Positions 49,410 through 63,074 of a DNA stretch of 64,000 nt are shown here, piece by piece. Where the stretch lies: positions 63,827,036 through 63,891,035 of the forward strand of contig NC_068984.1 of the NCBI RefSeq assembly GCF_001194135.2, written 5' to 3'. The stretch is from Octopus bimaculoides (Eukaryota). Position 1 is the first letter of the stretch. The number at the start of each line of letters is the position of its first letter. Position numbers and translations under genes: made by a program. The notes beneath the pieces are model-generated. The model made no database searches and was not told the DNA's origin. It saw only the letters and a list, made by a program, of their open reading frames with translations.

Positions 49410-49800
49410 TAATTGCGGTGAGCTGGCAAAATCGTTAATACTCACGGCAAAATGATTCTCGGCATTTTGTCCGCATTTGCGCTCCGGGTTCAAATTCCGA
49501 CGAAGTCGAATTGCCATTAAACCTTTCGGGATCAATAAAATAAGTAGCAGTGGAGCACTGGGATCACTGTTATCAACTTACCCCGTCCTCAGGAATTACT
49601 GGCTTTGTGCCAATATTTGAGCAATAATAATAATAATAATAATAATGATGGTTGCAAATTCTGACACAAGGACAGCACTTTTGAGGGAGTTGTAAATCGA
49701 CTGCATTGACCCCTGTGTTCCACTTGTACTTATTTTGTCAATCCCGAAAGGATGAAAGGCAATTCGGCTTCAGGGGAATTTGAACTCAGAAAGCAAAAAC
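49410..49800 (-). mobile_element. Two degenerate family-A SINE copies
   Basis: One SINE-like core at ~49490-49620 and a clearer minus-strand core (cccgaaaggatgaaaggc...gaatttgaactcagaa) at ~49740-49790; orientation of the first copy is uncertain. Confidence 0.55.
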
Positions 49801-49868
49801 GTCACCTTAGTTCATTGGTAGTGAACTGCTGACACCGTAGTACATCTCCATCGTTAGAAGCTGTACAA

Positions 49869-49900
<32 letters not shown>

Positions 49901-50034
49901 GCAATAATAATAATAATATGAATAATAATAATCCCTGTTGTCAGTCAAACATAAGCGTTATCTCTATAATAGTCAAACATAAATGTTATTTCTAATTCAG
50001 TCAAATATAAAACTTATCCCAACTGTATTTAAAG

Positions 50035-50447
50035 ATAATGATTATTCCCATTGTCATCGAAGCATTGGGTTCAATACCACTCAGTCTGAAAAAAAAACAT
50101 CTGAAAACATTAGAAATACCCTCTAAATCTAGGTGTTTTGCAAAAGTCCGCATTACTTGGAACTGCACGCATATTGCGTAAAGTACTGTCTGTTTGAGAA
50201 CCTAGTAGTAGTAGTAGTAGTAGTAGTAGCAGTTTTTTTATAAGCTCAGAAAATATAAAGATATGATGATTGAAATCGAGAAAATGTGGCATCTCAAGCC
50301 GGTAACAATGCCAGTGATCGTAGGAGCACTTGGAATGATCAAAAAGGGAACTGTGAAGTATTCAAGGTTGATCCCTGGCTTACCATCCATGCAGCAAGTG
50401 CAAAAGATTGTATTTCAGACGTATTGAGGAGAGCATTGTCGCTTTGA
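50035..50447 (+). mobile_element. Two tandem R4/Dong 3' ends separated by (TAG)n
   Basis: IIPIVIEALGSIPLSL..HLKTLEIP (50035-50205), then LRKYKDMMIEIEKMWHLKPVTMPVIVGALGMIKKG...LRRALSL* (50245-50447). Confidence 0.8.
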
Positions 50448-50741
50448 TTTTTCCTTCCTTTCTTCCCTTTATTTTCTGTTTTCTTTTTCATTTTTCTTTT
50501 TTCATCTTTCCTTTTTCTCTGCCTTTCTTCTCCATTTTTGTATCACATGACTTTGTAATTGAAACATCTAATGTCTTTATTTTAATACCAATGAATACAT
50601 CGAGTTTATTTGCCCTGAGTATCAAGAAGACATTCGGCAAGAAATGAAAACAAAATTGAAAGAAGAAGAAAATAATTAACCGGATGATAGAGAGAATTAG
50701 AGAGATAATGTGATATTGAAGGCAGGAGACTGCAAAAGTGG

Positions 50742-50779
<38 letters not shown>

Positions 50780-51070
50780 TTTGAGTGATACTGGTGAAGT
50801 GTATATGTGTATATACGTGATTGCGCATGAATCTGTATGCATTTGTTTAATACGAAGTGCAGCGTGGGAAAGTAGTATATGCGTGCGTGCGAGTGAATAT
50901 TAGTATGTAATAGTAGAAGTAATATTAGGAGGTAATAGTAGAAGGGCGTGGGGCCGGAAGGATGGGTGATACATGTGTGTGTGTGAGCGTGTACTTTTGT
51001 GTGTGTACATATGTGTGCGAGTGTGCATGATTTTCTGCATGTATTCGTTTGCATGCATGTCTGTGTGTAT

Positions 51071-51106
<36 letters not shown>

Positions 51107-51456
51107 GTACCTGTGTCGGTGTATGTGAGGAGTGTTTTGGAATTTTTTATGATTATATGTAAACGTGTGTGCCTGAATGTGTGTGTGTGTGTGTGTTAAG
51201 TCCAAACGACAGAAACCGGGACAAGCCGTTGCAAAATGTATTCATAATAAAATTATTTTAGCGTTTCTTACCTTGTCTTATTTTCCTTATACATATCAAT
51301 TCGTATGTCACTTTTCAACATTCTAGACTCACACACACACGCACGCACGCACACACACAGACACATACACACAGACAAACACACACACATACACAGACAC
51401 ACACACACCCACTCACACACACAAACACACACGGACACACACAGACACACACACAC

Positions 51457-51492
<36 letters not shown>

Positions 51493-52024
51493 ACACACAC
51501 ACACACACATATATATAGGATACTGAGACATTGGACATAATAACATAAAATGAAATAGATCAATTGCAGCGTTTAACTGCATCGAAAATGCCACACGTTA
51601 AATAAGACGAAAATGTTGGGGAATCAAAATTAATGAGAAGGAAAGCAACTGGTGAATACATACACGCACATGCATTGCTACGTATACACGGACACACATG
51701 CACGCGTATATATTCAGTGTATCCAAAGCATACTGAAAACATCAAATAAACTTCACTTAAAAATATTATGATTCAAACTGATAGAAGAGTGTAAATATTT
51801 TTGACAAGAAAAAAACTGATCGCGAGACTGTAAAAATAAAAATAGTGGAACAAATATGTGTAGGATTTATAATTCAGGTTGGATGAGTTAATTAACATGC
51901 TGAACCTGAGGGTCTAGAAAGAGAAATATTAACCGCAACAAGAGAGAGACACGAAACATGAATTTGAAGAATAGTTAAGATTTAAATGGTTACACTAAAA
52001 GTAACAAATGACACCTATGTTAGT

Positions 52025-52393
52025 TGTTGTCACTCCATCGCTTACGACGTCGAGGGTTCCAGTTGATCCAATCAACAGAACAGCCTGCTCATGAAACTAA
52101 CGTGCAAGTGGCTGAGCACTCCACAGAGACGCGTACCCTTAACGTAGTTCTTGGGGATATTCAGCGTGACACAGTGTGACAAGGCTGACCCTTTGAATTA
52201 CAGGCACAGCAGAAACAGGAAGTAAGAGTGAGAGAAAGTTGTGGCGAACGAGTACAGCAGGGTTGGCCACCATCCCTCGTGGAGCTTTAGGTGCTTTTGC
52301 ACAATAAACACTCACAACGCTCGGTCTGGGAATCGAAACCGCGATCCTGTGACCGCGAGTCCGCTGCCCTAACGACTGGGCTATTGCGCCTCC
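52025..52393 (-). mobile_element. tRNA-derived SINE (family C), full length with 14-bp TSD
   Basis: Head GGAGGCGCAATAGCCCAGTCGTTAGGGCAGCGGACTCGCGGTC..GGTTTCGATTCC with A and B boxes, tail (CAA)n; TSD ACACCTATGTTAGT at 52011-52024 and 52394-52407. Confidence 0.95.
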
Positions 52394-53024
52394 ACACCTA
52401 TGTTAGTAACAGCACAAGAAAGAAAATCAAGTAAATGAATTTATAAATAAAGAAAAGGCTGTATCACACAAATTGTTCATTCGTTTCGCAGTAGACATAG
52501 AGTACAACTGTATAACACGCAGAGTGTTCATTCGCAGGCTTCAAAACCCATAAAGGTCACAGCAATATACGACAGGAATGTTTGGGGATATAACTAAAAG
52601 CAATTGAACAACTGGAAAATGAATTTATAGACTTTAATATGGTTACCTCACATGTAGTGTGCTCACGCAGTTGCATGCATACATTCGTATATGCATGCAT
52701 GCATACATGTTCAAGCACATGTATATTAGCATATATACATGCATGTACAAAAACCTTGCAATACTAAGTATGTGTAAATATCCATGACTTATATTTTTTA
52801 TCTCGAATCTTCTACTGCCTTCCATTATTAAACTGCGGCCATGATGAAACACTGTGTTGAAGTATTTTAGTCGAAAGAATCAACCAGTGATTACTTCTAT
52901 TTATGCCTTGGTATTCATTCAATCGGACTTTTGTGGAACCCGTAATGTACAGGGACAACAACACCAGCACCAGTTGTCAAGCGGTACTGGGAGACAAACT
53001 CAAACACACACACACACACACACA

Positions 53025-53145
53025 AATGTGTGGTAAGACAAGAAGCTTGCTTCCTAGCCACATGGTTCTGAGTTCAGTCCCACTGCGTGGCACCTTGGGA
53101 GAAATGTTTTCAGGCGGACTAAAGCTTTCTGAGTGGATTTGGTAG
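53025..53145 (+). mobile_element. Family-B SINE 5' fragment
   Basis: tgtggtaag..aagcttgcttcctagccacatggttctgagttcagtcccactgcgtggcaccttggg. Confidence 0.8.
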
Positions 53146-53984
53146 TTGGATATAAAAGCATTTCAGTTTTCGGTCTTAGCCTTACACAATAGATCTAGCA
53201 CAACTATACTTTGCAAGGAACAACTGCACATCTTCTTACGAACACATACGCCGTTTGAACTTAACACACATACACATACGTACAGGCACACACGTTTAAA
53301 TATAATCATAAAAAACTCCAAAAGGCTTCTCACATACACCAACACATATACCCACACACACACACACTGATACAGACAGACATGCATGCAAGCGAATACA
53401 TGCACAAAATCATGCACAGTCGCACACATATGTACACACACAAATACACACGCTCTCACACACACGTATCACCGATACCTCCGACCCCGCGACCTACTAC
53501 TATTACATTGTACTACTACCAACTTGTTAGATTCACTCACATGCACACATATACTACTTTCCCACGCTGCCATTCAGATTAAACAAATACATACAGATCT
53601 ATGCGCAATCACATATATACACAAAAACACTTCACAGACTCACAAGTATCACTCAAACTCACACACACTCACACACATACAGAGGGCCACTTTTGCATTT
53701 TCCTGCCTTCAATATCACACTGTGTCTCTAATTCTCTCTATCATCCGGGTTAATTATTTTTTGACCATGTAAGGAATCATGCTTTTCCCGGACAATCTGC
53801 TCCTTCTCCTTCTCCTTTCCTCTTGACTTTTTCCTCCATCCGACGGAAAACGATGCTGCAAGCGACATTTCACCTCCTATTTTTCCATTTAAAACTATCA
53901 CCACTCTGCGTGAATCTAACGTGTTCGACAATTGCTGTATATGACCGGTTGACTCTTGTTCGTCCCTTCCACATATCCTTATTC

Positions 53985-54857
53985 TTAGTGCAAGTTTTGA
54001 AGGGTGCAGTTTCATGTCAATAGTTATTTTTTCAAAGCTGTTATGAATGTCACAAAGGTACTTATTGAGCATATTTTGCTTTATGACAACAATAAAGGCA
54101 AGAACGCAACGGAAAGTGCGAGGAATATTAATGCAGTATACTGGGATCGGACAATGAACGTAAGCCAGTGTCAGTAGTGGTTCCAGAAATTCAGAGCCGG
54201 AAGCTACAGCCTAAAAGATGAGCATCATCCTGAAAGATCTGTAAAGCTCGACGAGGACGTCCTGCAAAGCCTGGTGGAACAAAATCCCATCGTAACTGTC
54301 GAGGAACTAGCAGAAAAGCTTGGTTTTGGTGATTCAACCATCTACCGACACCTGCGTGCCATCGGAAAAGTCAGAAAATTGGCTCAATGGGTTTCTCAGA
54401 AACCTATCGTGTTCGGCCACATACAGTGAGGAACACATAACAAAGGCTGGAGCAGTTTGGATAGGAAACGATGCCCCAACCACGATATTCGCCATACATT
54501 GCCCCGTCTGATTATCATTTATTTCGCATTCTTCAAAATCATTTGGACGGAAAAAATATTAATTCTGTAGACGAGGTCAGAACAGTACTGGAGGAGTATT
54601 TTTCGTATGACAAGTTAATTTTGGAAGAGGGGCCTTGCAAATCTATCAAATCTATCAAATCTATCTGGAGAGCACTGTAGAAAAGGAAAGAGAGTATATT
54701 TTAAATTAAAAGAGGAATCTGTTTAACATAATTTTGAAAAACCGCATTATTTTGAAAAAAAAAACGCATTATTTTGAAAAAAAAACCGCATTATTTATGG
54801 TTTTTATTTATGGTATTGTTTATTTTGAAAAACTGCATTATTTATGGAATGACCCAA
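53985..54857 (+). mobile_element. Mariner (DD34D-type) transposon, internally deleted, left TIR missing
   Basis: N-terminus ..KGKNATESARNINAVY..WFQKFRAG..STIYRHLRAIGKVRKLAQWV; C-terminus PRYSPYIAPSDYHLFRILQNHLDG; right TIR aaaactgcattatttatggaatgacccaa followed by TA (54858-59). Confidence 0.9.
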
Positions 54858-56152
54858 TATATATATATATGTATATGTATGTAAGTATGTATAAATGTTT
54901 ATGTATATGTATGTACAGTGAGAGAGAGACAGACAGACAGGAAAGAGAGAGATAGATAGATAAGTAGATAGATAGACAGACAGATAGGTCGATTCCGGGT
55001 TTTTGCACAAATACCTTCAACCAAATTCACTCAGAAGACATTCATCGGCTAAGAGATAATGTAGTCTACTTTAACTACAGGACCTCTGACAGGTGGAGCA
55101 ACCGGATTTCTGGGACCCAAGAGCTAAAGAGTACCCTAAAACCCTCATGCAACAACCATCTCCCGTTTACAACAAGCACTTTCTACTACCCCCAGCCCAA
55201 CACACACATTCACATACACGAACATCATTATACTTATCACGCCACACTTTTTATTAGTATTTATAATTAATAATTGTAGACCTTGTTGTATAAGCATATG
55301 ATGAGGCCAAGAGTATCTACCTACAGCCCGAGGGATGTTGTACTGTCTTGCAAAATTTCTCTTGGAGGTCCTGAAACTAGATAACTTTTTCTCTAGGTGT
55401 TCTGTAATGAAACAGAACCTAGAACTATTTAGTAGTGAAGGAAATGTCTTAACCACAAAGCCATGATTAACCTCATTGCAAACGTTGAAGTGAAAAAAAA
55501 CTATTTTGAAAAGAACTTTTCAATAAAATTTGGTGAAGAAATAAATAAAAAAATGCAGCCTGAGGTTACAGAAGCCATAGCAGACATCAATAAAAATCTG
55601 TTGCATTCGATGATATCTAGAATATACGAAGTAAATGTGAGTATGTTGTTTGACGCTCAAGATATGAAGTCTGCTGGAGTAAGGAAGATGGTACGAGCGA
55701 ATAACTGAAACTGAGACACAAACAAAAGATTTCTCATGCGAAGGACACTATGCTGCTTTTAGCATCACGCGTAAGTGGACACAAGTGTGAACACATCTGA
55801 ATGTACGGAGGGAAAGACAGAGACCAGAAATTATTCTGAATCAGCATACACGTGCTGTTCAGGAATACGCAGTGATACAAAGAAAGTTCGAAACGCTCCA
55901 ATGATAGTAGAGAAAATAAATTAATTATGCAATAACTTTTCTTGCATATGCAAGTGAAAGTGTAAAACATGCAGCTTCGAGCAATTTATATATTTATTTC
56001 TTTATTTTATATTGATTTTCATACATTTTAAATGGTACTTTTCAAAAAAAATGTAAATATCCTAACGTGTAAACATCAAATGGTAATTTTTATAGGTATT
56101 CATATATTTGAAAATTCGGGCGACGTATCGGCACGCATTTGTAACAAACCCA

Positions 56153-56196
<44 letters not shown>

Positions 56197-59100
56197 NNNN
56201 NNNNNNNNNNNNNNNNNNNNNNNNNNNNNNNNNNNNNNNNNNNNNNNNNNNNNNNNNNNNNNNNNNNNNNNNNNNNNNNNNNNNNNNNNNNNNNNNNNNN
56301 NNNNNNNNNNNCAATATATATCATTTGTGTGTGTGTTTGTATATATATATAAATATAACTATAGTATGAATTTATAGCAATATATATCATTTGTGTGTGT
56401 GTTTGTATATATATATAAAGAGAGAGAGAGTCCGACAGACAGACAGATAACCAGACAGACAGAAAGAGGAAAGAGAGAGAGAGAGGGGGGATTTTAACAA
56501 AAGGATCCATTAAGGATCCAGATATATCAAAATGAAGCACGTCAAATTGACCCTATCAGACGCTTAAGCTGTCTATCACCATAGCACAGAATGCATCGCT
56601 GAAAGAAAGTTCACTAGTGTTTGATAATCCACAATTCTGATACTATCCAATGATAAATGGAACCTTAGGTGTGTCGTAAAATCATGGAAACTGACGAATG
56701 GATGACAATGTTACTGCTACAATTTTCATTAAATGACTGTATTGCGTCATAAATATGACACCGTCAGGTATGTACAGCATCCATGAGAACGTGTAGTATA
56801 TAATGCAACTCTCAGCTTATCAGCTTACCAGAATCAATAATTCACCAACAACATGACGGGATATTACTGTAAATAACCAAATGTCATACCTGGTGGAGAG
56901 ATATTAATGGGTGACCCCAATATGAGTCGTGGAATTTTCACACGTACCACAAAATGTTATCTGCGATGAAGAAAGAAAACTCGTTAATCATTTTACCACT
57001 TTATATCATAAAAGTCTTAATCTAATTTTACCTATTTACACGTCTAGCATTCATTTTCACCTGCTTTTTTATTTTTTTATTTTCTCTTGCTTTGTAACTG
57101 TTGTAGGTATGTTTCCGGAATTATGTTATTCCATTTTGATTCAACACGCAAGGAATTTGGTATGAAGTAGTAAGAAGCACAATTGTTGAAGCTTGTATGA
57201 ATGCTGTTTCTCCAGCAGATGATGATGATGACGAGGAGGAGTTGGGAGGTGGAGAAGAGGTGGGGAGGAGGTGGAAAGGAGAAAGGGGAATTGAGAAGGA
57301 GGAGCATGGCAGTATGCGAAAGAGGGAAGAAGAGAAGGATGGGAGAAAGAGAAAGAGAAGGTGGTGGGAGGAGGAGGAGGGGGAGGGGGATCATGGATAA
57401 GAGGACAAGGAGGAATATATTGTTGCTGAGGAGAAGGTGGATGAAATTATTCAGCCTGATAGAGCTGTGGTGGTTGTATAATTTTAAATATTTGACTTTT
57501 GACGTTTTGACATTTCCAAGGGGGCGTGGGATTCTTATAGTTTTACAAAATGTTTCCAATCAGAATTTGTGGATGACGTTGTATAAATTTAGAAATTTTT
57601 AAATGTTCTGAAATCTCAAATCACACGAATTTGACTTTTTTTTTTTTTTTTGTCATGACAAGAAAGCAAGGTAATTTTAACAGAATACTTGTTACCCATT
57701 CCAGACTTAGCTATAATGAAGAATTAAGCTACTTGCTTTAAAAAATAACTCTCTCTCCCCCCTCTCTCTCTCTCTCGCTATATATATATATGTATATATA
57801 TATATATACATATATATATANNNNNNNNNNNNNNNNNNNNNNNNNNNNNNNNNNNNNNNNNNNNNNNNNNNNNNNNNNNNNNNNNNNNNNNNNNNNNNNN
57901 NNNNNNNNNNNNNNNNNNNNNNNNNNNNNNNNNNNNNNNNNNNNNNNNNNNNNNNNNNNNNNNNNNNNNNNNNNNNNNNNNNNNNNNNNNNNNNNNNNNN
58001 ATATATATATATATATATATAAACATTCAGGAGACATGAAGAAGTAATTTAATACAACTTTCATTTAGCGATTTCGCTTCAATAGAAAATATGATTTTCT
58101 ATGTTCAAAGTACAGTAGAAAAATAAAGTGCATATTCAATATGATTATGGTTGATAAATGTTTAATGAGATAGGGAAGTTGCTTTCAGTTATGACATTTA
58201 AAAACATATAATCCAATTAAAAGCATTATCTTTGGCGCGATACGACAGTAAACATATTCCGACAAAATACTAAAAATGAAAATAAGTTCATGGAGTGTCA
58301 TTTTAATATATTGGTATTTATCAGTCGATCTGCCTGTACGTATATATGTGTGCAGCTATAGAGTTCTATATTGTATATGCGTGTTTTCTGAGTTTCTCTA
58401 TATGATATTATATGAGCGACTTCCTATGTACATTTATCTTTGATTCTCTTTTATATGTGTTATGTGAATTAATGTTGTTTAGCTTTTTATTTTCTCGTCA
58501 CGATATTCACGTATAAATGAAGTTAAAACTTTATTACAGGGTTTTGATCATTAATAATAATGGTGTTACATAAATCAAATAAATATCGACATGATAGATT
58601 AGGTTGTCCATGTTGGTAGTATTTTTGGTGCCGTCGTTTCGATTTCAGACCGACAGGCAAAGCTACCAAGATCATTTCATCTTCTTCGATAAAGCCAGGA
58701 CTATAGTATTTGTTATGTGCGTCGCTTCCTTAAGGTGCGGTCTCTTTTGAAGAGAGTTTGTTTCTTATAATGGGGTTGATGCTGATGCCTTCCTACAAGT
58801 ATACGAAACGTAACGTTCATGACTTTCCTGCAGATAAACGAAACGTAAGTACAGTCTCCTCTCTTTCAATGACTTCATATAATCTAGAAATCGGTTGAAA
58901 CGGAAGGCACTGTCTTACATTAAGATACATATGTGTAAAGATATGAGAAAGTGATATGACAGAAGATGTTGTCTGAAAGTGAGAATGGCAGCAATATTGA
59001 AAGAAAAGTAAAAAGCGTATTACAATACGTTGCATCATTTTTTCCATTCAACATTGTATCGTCTCAACATTAGCATAAGTATAATTCTACCACGTAGTTC

Positions 59101-60141
59101 CAAGTTAACACTAAAATAATTTCTCACTGCCTTCTTCAATTAAATATGCCCCCTAGGTTATGTTTTACTATAAGCATATTTACATGTCATTTATGTTATT
59201 ACAGTAGTGCGTGGGGAGGCATTACAGACAAACGTTTTATGAAATAGGGCTAACTGGGAATCGAAATTAAATACTAGATTTAGTTCACTGTCAAAGTAAA
59301 CGCTACTCACTCAACGATGCTCACGTATATTACTTTCTCGTCATGTATATAATCCAGACGTAAACAAACACAGAATGCGCTGAACAACGATGCAGAGCTT
59401 AAATTAAACTTCTAAGAAAATGAAGTATAACAAGTCTTTGCTATTATATGACAAGTCTAAAGGTTTGGTGCGGACTCTACTACTAACAACATGATTTTTT
59501 CCTTTCAGTTTTCTTTGATACAAAGATGACCAAACCACTGAAACGAACCTAATAGCAAGAAATATTAGTCTTTTGATGTTCTACTAGCGGCAAAACACTA
59601 AATCAACTAACAGATGTTTTCATTTATTATCATTCGTTGTAGCACTATAGTTCAATATTCTTTTTCTCTCTATCCATTATCCTCTAATTCCTTCATCTTC
59701 TCCACTTCCTGTCCTCCTCCGGTCTCACTTTTTTTATCTCTCTCTCTCTTTATGTCACTCTTTCTCTCTTTTCTCTCTCTCTCCAAATCTCTCTCTCTCC
59801 AAATCTCTCTCTCTCCAAATCTCTCTCTCTCCAAATCTCTCTCTCTCTCTCTCTTACAAGTATATGCATAACTACACACAACATACAAATATTTATTTAT
59901 ACNNNNNNNNNNNNNNNNNNNNNNNNNNNNNNNNNNNNNNNNNNNNNNNNNNNNNNNNNNNNNNNNNNNNNNNNNNNNNNNNNNNNNNNNNNNNNNNNNN
60001 NNNNNNNNNNNNNNNNNNNNNNNNNNNNNNNNNNNNNNNNNNNNNNNNNNNNNNNNNNNNNNNNNNNNNNNNNNNNNNNNNNNNNNNNNNNNNNNNNNNN
60101 NNNNNNNNNNNNNNNNNNNNNNNNNNNNNNNNNNNNNNNNN

Positions 60142-60177
<36 letters not shown>

Positions 60178-60750
60178 GCATAAACACATATCTGTTTCGG
60201 CTTTTCTGCACACTTCGTTTCTAACATTATTAGAGGATTGAGTTGTGCTTTCATCCATCTAAAGTCGGTAAAATAATGAGCAGTATTATATTGGAGTTGA
60301 GTCATTCGATGATTGGCTTTAGAAAATCAGCCTTGTCTGTCTGTTTCTTTTTCTCTCCCTCTCTTCCCCTCTCATTTTCTCCTCCCCTCGTACTCTATCT
60401 CTTCTACTGTCCCTCTTTCTCTCTAAAAGAGAAGTTCTTTTCCATATATTTTTCCGAATCTTTATCTCAATATTTTTACCATAGCTTTGCTGACATCTCT
60501 TTTTCACGTCAATCGTTTAAACTCTATGTCAATCGTGTTCTTTTTTCTCTTTTTCTTCCTATTCTCACTCACGGTATATATAACATTTATGTCTTCATAG
60601 ATCAAATTTACGGACAAAATCCTGCTACCCGTATATGTCCTCCATATTTGAACATATTTATCAAGACAGAAGAGCTAAATTCATGCTCGTTCTGTCAAAT
60701 ATTGTTAACAAATGTTCATCATATTACAACGAACATTATTCCACCCATAC

Positions 60751-60896
60751 CAACACCATCCAAACAAGAAAAATATAATGACGCATTGAATTAAGTAGAT
60801 GAAGTTCAGTTATTTCTGTAAATAAATTGTTGATACTCCCCGGAAGTCTTTCATCAAACGTCTCCTCAATCAGGGCTGACCTGGCGTAAATATCAA
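60751..60896 (-). CDS. Candidate 146-nt coding exon, product unrecognised
   Basis: gctcttttgttgtaacag | xx DIYARSALIEETFDERLPGSINNLFTEITELHLLNSMRHYIFLVWMVL | GTATGG; non-repetitive, only one of three frames open. Confidence 0.25.
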
Positions 60897-61923
60897 CTGT
60901 TACAACAAAAGAGCATTTTCTAGTTAGCATTATGTATTCAGTATATACACTATACGCTGTATAACTACATTAATATCTTAACATCCTTAACACAATAATA
61001 ATCACAAGGGGGGAAAAGGAAGTATATAACATTCTTGTTAATATTTCCATCACTAGATTACATGGAAACTAATGTCATTTAGACTAAGTATGTACATAGA
61101 TGATAAAAAGACTAAGAGATAATCAATACAGATGTGAGAGAATGTATAGTGGCAGAGCTGACTTAATGACATAAGTACATTGCGTTTCTCTCTCATTCAC
61201 ACTCTTCACACATACGTACACACACATATGTATATATGTATATATATATATATATATATATNNNNNNNNNNNNNNNNNNNNNNNNNNNNNNNNNNNNNNN
61301 NNNNNNNNNNNNNNNNNNNNNNNNNNNNNNNNNNNNNNNNNNNNNNNNNNNNNNNNNNNNNNNNNNNNNNNNNNNNNNNNNNNNNNNNNNNNNNNNNNNN
61401 NNNNNNNNNNNNNNNNNNNNNNNNNNNNNNNNNNNNNNNNNNNNNNNNNNNNNNNNNNNNNNNNNNNNNNNNNNNNNNNNNNNNNNNNNNNNNNNNNNNN
61501 NNNNNNNNNNNNNNNNNNNNNNNNNNNNNNNNNNNNNNNNNNNNNNNNNNNNNNNNNNNNNNNNNNNNNNNNNNNNNNNNNNNNNNNNNNNNNNNNNNNN
61601 NNNNNNNNNNNNNNNNNNNNNNNNNNNNNNNNNNNNNNNNNNNNNNNNNNNNNNNNNNNNNNNNNNNNNNNNNNNNNNNNNNNNNNNNNNNNNNNNNNNN
61701 NNNNNNNNNNNNNNNNNNNNNNNNNNNNNNNNNNNNNNNNTGTTTGTGTGTGTGTTTGTGTGTGTGTGTGTTAGTGTGTGTGTGTGTGTGTGTATGTGGG
61801 GGGTATAAACTGCATTTCTAAATCTCTCATCACGATAAAGTGATGGTTTGTTGCAATCTTAATGTGGTAGTCCCAGGAAAGGGAAGAATGATATTGCTAT
61901 TTAACCCCCAAGAAACACCGTTT

Positions 61924-62077
61924 CTAGTTGGTTATGTGACACAAGCTTTCTGTGTCCTTACGTTTTCAAACAGGGGAGATAAACACCTCCACCCAACAAA
62001 GCCAGCATCCAGAAACTAGTTTCTCCCCTGTTTGAAAACTTACGGACACAAAATGCTTGTGTCACGTAGCCAACTCG
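61924..62077. repeat. Hairpin: 56-bp arms, 42-nt loop
   Basis: 61924-61979 versus 62022-62077: 49/56 Watson-Crick pairs plus 2 G-U, no indels. Confidence 0.9.
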
Positions 62078-62139
62078 AAGAGAGTGAAATAAAATAGGAA
62101 TAGCTATCTTTCTCCATAACTACTTTGCAGTTGATGCCA

Positions 62140-63043
62140 AGGACATGTTTTTCAATGTCTACTGTGAATCCATAAGGCTAACGACATAACCATTGTTGGT
62201 CTCTACAGGCTCTCCAAGCTCCTCTAAAGTGCTTTAAAGAATGCCTTCACAACATCAAGTCCTTCCTTCAAAAATACAACTCCGGAAACATATTGGTGAT
62301 GTGTGATTTTAACATCTCTCATAAATTGGCCCACAAATACTATGAAGTTAGGCAACATTAAGATTGATATAGCTCGTAGGATGAGTTCCTTCCGGTACAG
62401 AGAACAAGGTATCATCATTCATCTTTTCTCCTCCTTTATACGGCCATACCTCGAAAATTTCTGCCCCCTGTGATCTCCCCATACAAAACAAAACATTACG
62501 AAAATTGAATCACACCAGATGTCATTCACTAAAAGAAGGGCATACCTGATCACGATTATTGGGACCGCCGTAAAGCATTGAAACTCTATTCTCTCCAGTG
62601 CCGACGTGAGCGATACGTAATTTGCACGATGTGGAGAATATACCACCAGTATTGCGAAATAACTACAACATTAGCTTCAAAATTCATTCAAGGCTAGGAC
62701 CACGAGCCATATGTCCCCTACCCAATTCAGGATCACAACACATAAATACGAAGCAACACATTGAGTTTTTCCTCAACAGGCCCTACCCTATTTAACATTG
62801 TCCCGAAACACATCAGAGAGGAAAAGGATCACATCACCTTTAAACGGAATCTGGACAAATGTATTCAAGGAATATCAGATAAGCCACCTATACCTGGATA
62901 CAACTTATTCATCAAGAACTCCCTACTCGAATGGACCATGATACCACAAAACTTGACTTAAAAAGGATTCAGCTAAACCTGTCAGGTGGTGCTATTACGT
63001 TAGACATGGCCTGCACCAATTTTTGGTCGAAACATATCTAAGT

Positions 63044-63045
<2 letters not shown>
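62140..63045 (+). mobile_element. CR1/Jockey-group LINE, internally deleted (APE remnant joined to ORF2 C-terminus and 3' end)
   Basis: ITIVGLYR...NILVMCDFNI (GDFN-like), DYWDRRKALKLYSLQCRRERY, GPTLFNIVPKHIRE..FKRNLDK..PPIPGY; ends at (TA)n. Confidence 0.8.

Positions 63046-63072
<27 letters not shown>

Positions 63073-63074
<2 letters not shown>

Larger units (their letters stand above)
50671..53758. repeat. ~520-bp inverted repeat pair, 2.04 kb apart
   Basis: 50671-51208 is the reverse complement of 53252-53758 (aataattaacc.ggatgatagagagaattagaga, gtgatattgaaggcagga, gcagcgtgggaaagtagtatat, gtattcg.ttgcatgcatgtctgt, ttttggaattttttatgattata). Confidence 0.9.

Noticed and set aside
52320-52393. 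tRNA-like sequence with A and B boxes
   Set aside because: It is the head of a TSD-flanked SINE; no proper acceptor stem or terminator.
57077-57602. Overlapping 130-160 aa ORFs with E/R/G or P/L/S runs
   Set aside because: GA-rich low-complexity tract.
56756-59545. Plus-strand chain ATGACACCGTCAG|GTATGT, an 11-nt micro-exon at 58834-58844 and an acceptor near 59508
   Set aside because: The joined products are very short and uninformative; the signals are within chance expectation.
60243-60794. 183-aa plus-strand ORF
   Set aside because: Driven by CT-rich low-complexity sequence that lacks stops; no recognisable domain.
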